The notes under the pieces: generated by a model
Seen by the model: only the letters and a program-made list of their open reading frames with translations
What the model was told of the DNA's origin: nothing
Database searches by the model: none
Position numbers and translations under genes: made by a program
Origin: Azolla caroliniana
Lineage: Eukaryota; Plantae; Polypodiophyta
Assembly: GCA_043228905.1 (NCBI GenBank)
Contig: JBHGNT010000446.1
Span: 1 to 24,973 of the forward strand
Direction of reading: 5' to 3'
Length of the DNA: 24,973 bases
Part shown: positions 21,326 to 24,973 of the stretch, in pieces
Layout of the letters: the number at the start of each line of letters is the position of its first letter
Position numbering within the stretch: position 1 is the stretch's first letter

Positions 21326-22449
21326 CTACATCCATGAATAAACAAACCCTTTAGTCATTATAGTTTAAGAGAGATTAATGCAATACAGCACCAGAAGAAA
21401 ACTTTAATTTTAAAATCAATAACCAGAATTAGAAAGAATAGAAAGAATTACATATAATATCATTGTGAACTCTAACCAAGAGCAAAGTTTATTAAATAGG
21501 AAAGACTAAATGTATTGCTTATCAGCTCAGAGTCTGATGAACATTACCCAGTTAAATGTAAGGTAAATAGTATTTAATTTCCAATTATGGTTTCAAGTAA
21601 AATCTTCTCCTTGATACAGAAATCTTATCCATTTATGTTGTAGTTCAAACTATAATCATGCAAGCATAACCAAATTTCACATTATCTCTTGCTTCCCTAG
21701 TCATGACTCATCATTATGTGCACAAGCTTCTAGAAATCAAAGATCGCTGTAATCTTAATCTTCCATAATATACGGTTGGTACCATCAAATTCCCTCCTGA
21801 AAGCTATAGAGACTCATCCTCAGGCAACCTCTTCTAGAAGATCAATTTGATTCACTAATCAATTTCACAATCCATCAAATTGCGCTTCTTTTCAATTGTT
21901 TCAACTTCCAGTTGTCAATGGTGATACTCTTATTCTTGTTCCTAATTTGCTACTTGCATCACCACTCTCGTAAACAGCTACATCATACACCTCTCTGCAT
22001 CAATGGAGTCAAAGTCTCTTGTTCTCATAATATGCACCTTTAATTTAATGCATACGCAACTACATTTCCATACATCTAGAAAACACAACCGGATTGCTTG
22101 CTTGATTAGAAATATTGGGGTGCAGTCAATTGACACCTAGATCGCCAACTATTGTTGTTCAGTCCAATGAGATAGCACTTCACATTTATCATAATACAAG
22201 TCACTGACTATCAATAATAACTTTATCTATGTCAATTATATATCTTTGGTGTTAACTATTTGTTTAAATATGTTTCTTTCCTTCATTTTATTCACAGTTC
22301 ATAATTCATAAAGTGGATACATTTTGATGTCCTCCTGAATGGCAAACATTCACCATAAAAGAATAAATTCTATCCCATTTGGTTTCAAACTTTTCCTGGT
22401 GAATATATGCTGTATACCACGTCAATTGAATGATTGTTGAAAGTCATCA

Positions 22450-24973
22450 CAGTTAAGAAGGAATTGCTTCAGTTAGAAAACTGCATGTGGATGTTTACTC
22501 AACTCGAAGCCGGGCGGTTGCACCATGTAAACTTCCTCCTCAAGCTCGCCTTGGAGGAATGCGTTCTTTGTAAGTCTCAGGTGCTTGGTCCACCTCAAAC
22601 TTCATCATGAATGTATAGCGATGCACCATACTCGTACCCAAACCTTACTATTGGGTTCTTTTGTTGGCTTGATTGACGGACTTTTCCATTGGCCACCTCC
22701 GGGGCCTTCTTTACTCCTGGTGCCTCATTATAGACACACCATACTTGCCGTTGACCGATTGGGGTGATTGATTTGAGTCATCACCCAATGTCGTGCTCTA
22801 GGTCTCTTGCTCAGGCATCTTGCCCTTTTTTTTCTTTCTGCGGGTGTAGCACCAAGGTGACACAACATCAAAGGTTTCTTCATGCCATGTAAGACTCCAA
22901 TTGCTGGACAACATCTCTGGTCCAGTCAGCTGGAGTGAGGGCAGACTCTCTGCTGGTTCTCTACCCATAATGGCCGTCAACCTCTCTTCTTCTTCACTCC
23001 CAAAATCTGCATCAGATCCGCTTGTTTCGAACAAGTGGGGGTCACTGATCCCAGGCCATATCATGATGCCACTTCATCAAATACCACATCTTAGCTTATT
23101 CGTGATTGCCAAGTGGCGGGGTTAAAACACTTATAACCCTTTTGCTCAAGAGAGTAAGCAACAAGGATTATCTTCTCCGACTTTCGATCCAACTTTCTCT
23201 GCTTCTCATTGGGTACATGCACATATGCAATGCATCCAAAAACCTTCCAGTATGAAAGGTGCGGCGTTCTCCCAAAATACTTCTCGTGAGGGGTGATGTC
23301 ATGGACACCCTCGGTCGTGCACCCATTGATGAGATTCATGGCCGCAAATGCTGCCTCTGCCCAATAGATCTTTGGCACGTTCTTCTCCTGCAGCATGGCG
23401 CGGGCCATCTCAAGAATTGTGGGATTCTTCCACTCAGCAACATTGTTTTGTTGTGGTGTGTATCGGCAAGAGAATTCCCAGTGCATTCCCTTCTCTACCA
23501 GAAAGGCCGTGAACTCCGTTGAGAAGTATTCTTGGTCACCATCGGACCATAAGCATTGAATCTTGAGATTTGTCTCATTTTCTACTTGATTCTTTAACTT
23601 GAGAAAGTGAGAGAAGACCTCACTTTTCAACTTCATCGGGCATATCCAGGTATCCCTGGAGTAATCGTCAATGAAGGTAACAAAGTACCTACACTGCCAA
23701 TTGTCTCGTTTTGACCAGGCCCCATAATCTGAGTGGATGATGTCCAGCAGGCCTTTACTCACATTCCTTTTGCTCAGAAATGGATAACTATGTTTCTTGC
23801 CTATTGCTAGCACACCTCACATACATTATCAGGATTTTTCGAAGTAAATCATGGCAATCCATGCCCAACTCCTTTTGTTTGCATCGATTGGAGTTTACCG
23901 CGGTTTACATGGCCAACCCTTTTCTGCCACAACTCGATATCAAACTCAGCCTTGAGTCCCTTTGCATACATCGCTATGTCCACCTCAATCGCGTCAAGGA
24001 TAAACATGCAACCTTCTCTTTTTGCATGAGCGATAAGTTAGCCCTTATCCTCGATGAAGCAACATTCTTGGTTGAAACGTACTTGCATTCCTTGCTTGAC
24101 AATTTGGCCAATTGAGACCAAATTCTTTGTGATTGTCGGGATATGCAGTACGCCCTTCATGTAGCCCTTGTTATCATGATTGTTAAAAGGCCACATCTCC
24201 AATGTGCTCCATTGTGTGTGTGGAGTCATCATTGGTCTCCACCACACCGGGTCTCTAGGTTTCCCTCATATTCATGAACCATTCTTGATGACTTGTCATA
24301 TAATTTGAGGCACCTGAGTCCACGAACCAGACATCATCAGGTTGGGAAGTGCTTGTTATCATGCTATTCGCCCAATGTCACATAACAAATATCCGCCCTT
24401 TGTTATCTAGACCAGCCATCACAGCGTGGTTCGTTGGCTGTCGGGGTGAGGCAGCCGAGTCATTCTCGTTCTTTCAGCACTCTGCTTCAAAGTCACCAAG
24501 CTTTCCACAATACCAACACTAGGTTTGCTAGTTTTGCCAGGTTGATGCAGGCTGGTGGAGCTCCCCCTTTTTGCCGGACTTCCCTTGGCTGCTTCGACCT
24601 TCTTGCTGCCTGGAATTACACTGTTGTGGGCCTCGTCCACCTCTTCCTCGGCCATTCCTCCCCCGATTTCCACTACCGTGACCTCGACTGACATTAGCCT
24701 AGGTATATAGCATCTGCCCATTAGATGCAGCGCTTTTCGACTATGTAAGGTTCTCCTCGACCATTAGCATGGGATGCAAGTTGAAAAAGCTCCGGGGTTC
24801 TCCCTTGTTATGGCAGCCCGAAATGCACCATACTTTTGTGCGAAGCCACCAACGCAAATATGCACCATCTCGTCATCATTGACTGCGAAATTGATGGAGC
24901 CGAGTGAGTCACACAAGTCTTTGATCTAGACGGTATAGTCCGTCACGGACATACCCCTTTGCCAAATATTGTT
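22450..24973 (-). mobile_element. Degenerate Ty1/copia LTR-retrotransposon internal region (gag-PR-INT-partial RT), running off the right edge, in the upstream TOL intron
   Basis: In copia order on the minus strand: gag Zn knuckle CWYCGKLGDFEAEC (about 24518-24477); protease DVWFVDSGASNYMT (about 24335-24295); GAG-pre-integrase LWQKRVGHVN...CEVC; rve core FIDDYSR / SDGDQEY / PQQNNVAE (ORF 23813..23091); RT piece KNAFLQGELEEEVYMVQPPGF (about 22568-22505). Stops and frameshifts are present. Confidence 0.93.

Noticed and set aside
22585-24721. ORFs 22585..22767, 22901..23125, 23259..23522, 23780..24115, 24419..24721 and 24434..24691
   Set aside because: These are antisense or off-frame shadows of the copia gag-pol region, not independent genes.

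Overview
Eukaryotic, AT-rich land-plant nuclear DNA. A fern is my best guess, inferred from the style of a PLS-class PPR fragment, an RTE-X-like LINE relic and long TE-filled introns. There are two convergent intron-containing genes. (1) A complete 8-exon chloroplast thylakoid-lumen DegP/HtrA serine protease, DEG1, on + (5448..12020, 432 aa, all GT-AG, intact His/Asp/Ser triad plus PDZ). (2) A TOM1-like (TOL; VHS-GAT) endosomal ubiquitin adaptor on -, with 8 exons visible (21325..13559); its first coding exon apparently lies beyond the right edge of the window. The rest is a patchwork of mobile-element debris: three hAT-type MITEs (two with perfect 8-bp TSDs, one of them about 180 bp upstream of the DEG1 ATG), two decayed Ty1/copia relics, a 5'-truncated RTE-X-like LINE tail, a PPR pseudogene fragment, and a short degenerate telomere-repeat array in the last DEG1 intron. 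I found no convincing previously undescribed biological system. The most notable items are the RTE-X-like relic, the promoter/intron MITE pair, the intronic telomeric array and the unexplained ORF-like sequence next to the PPR fragment. All protein-family calls come from recalled motifs, not database searches.
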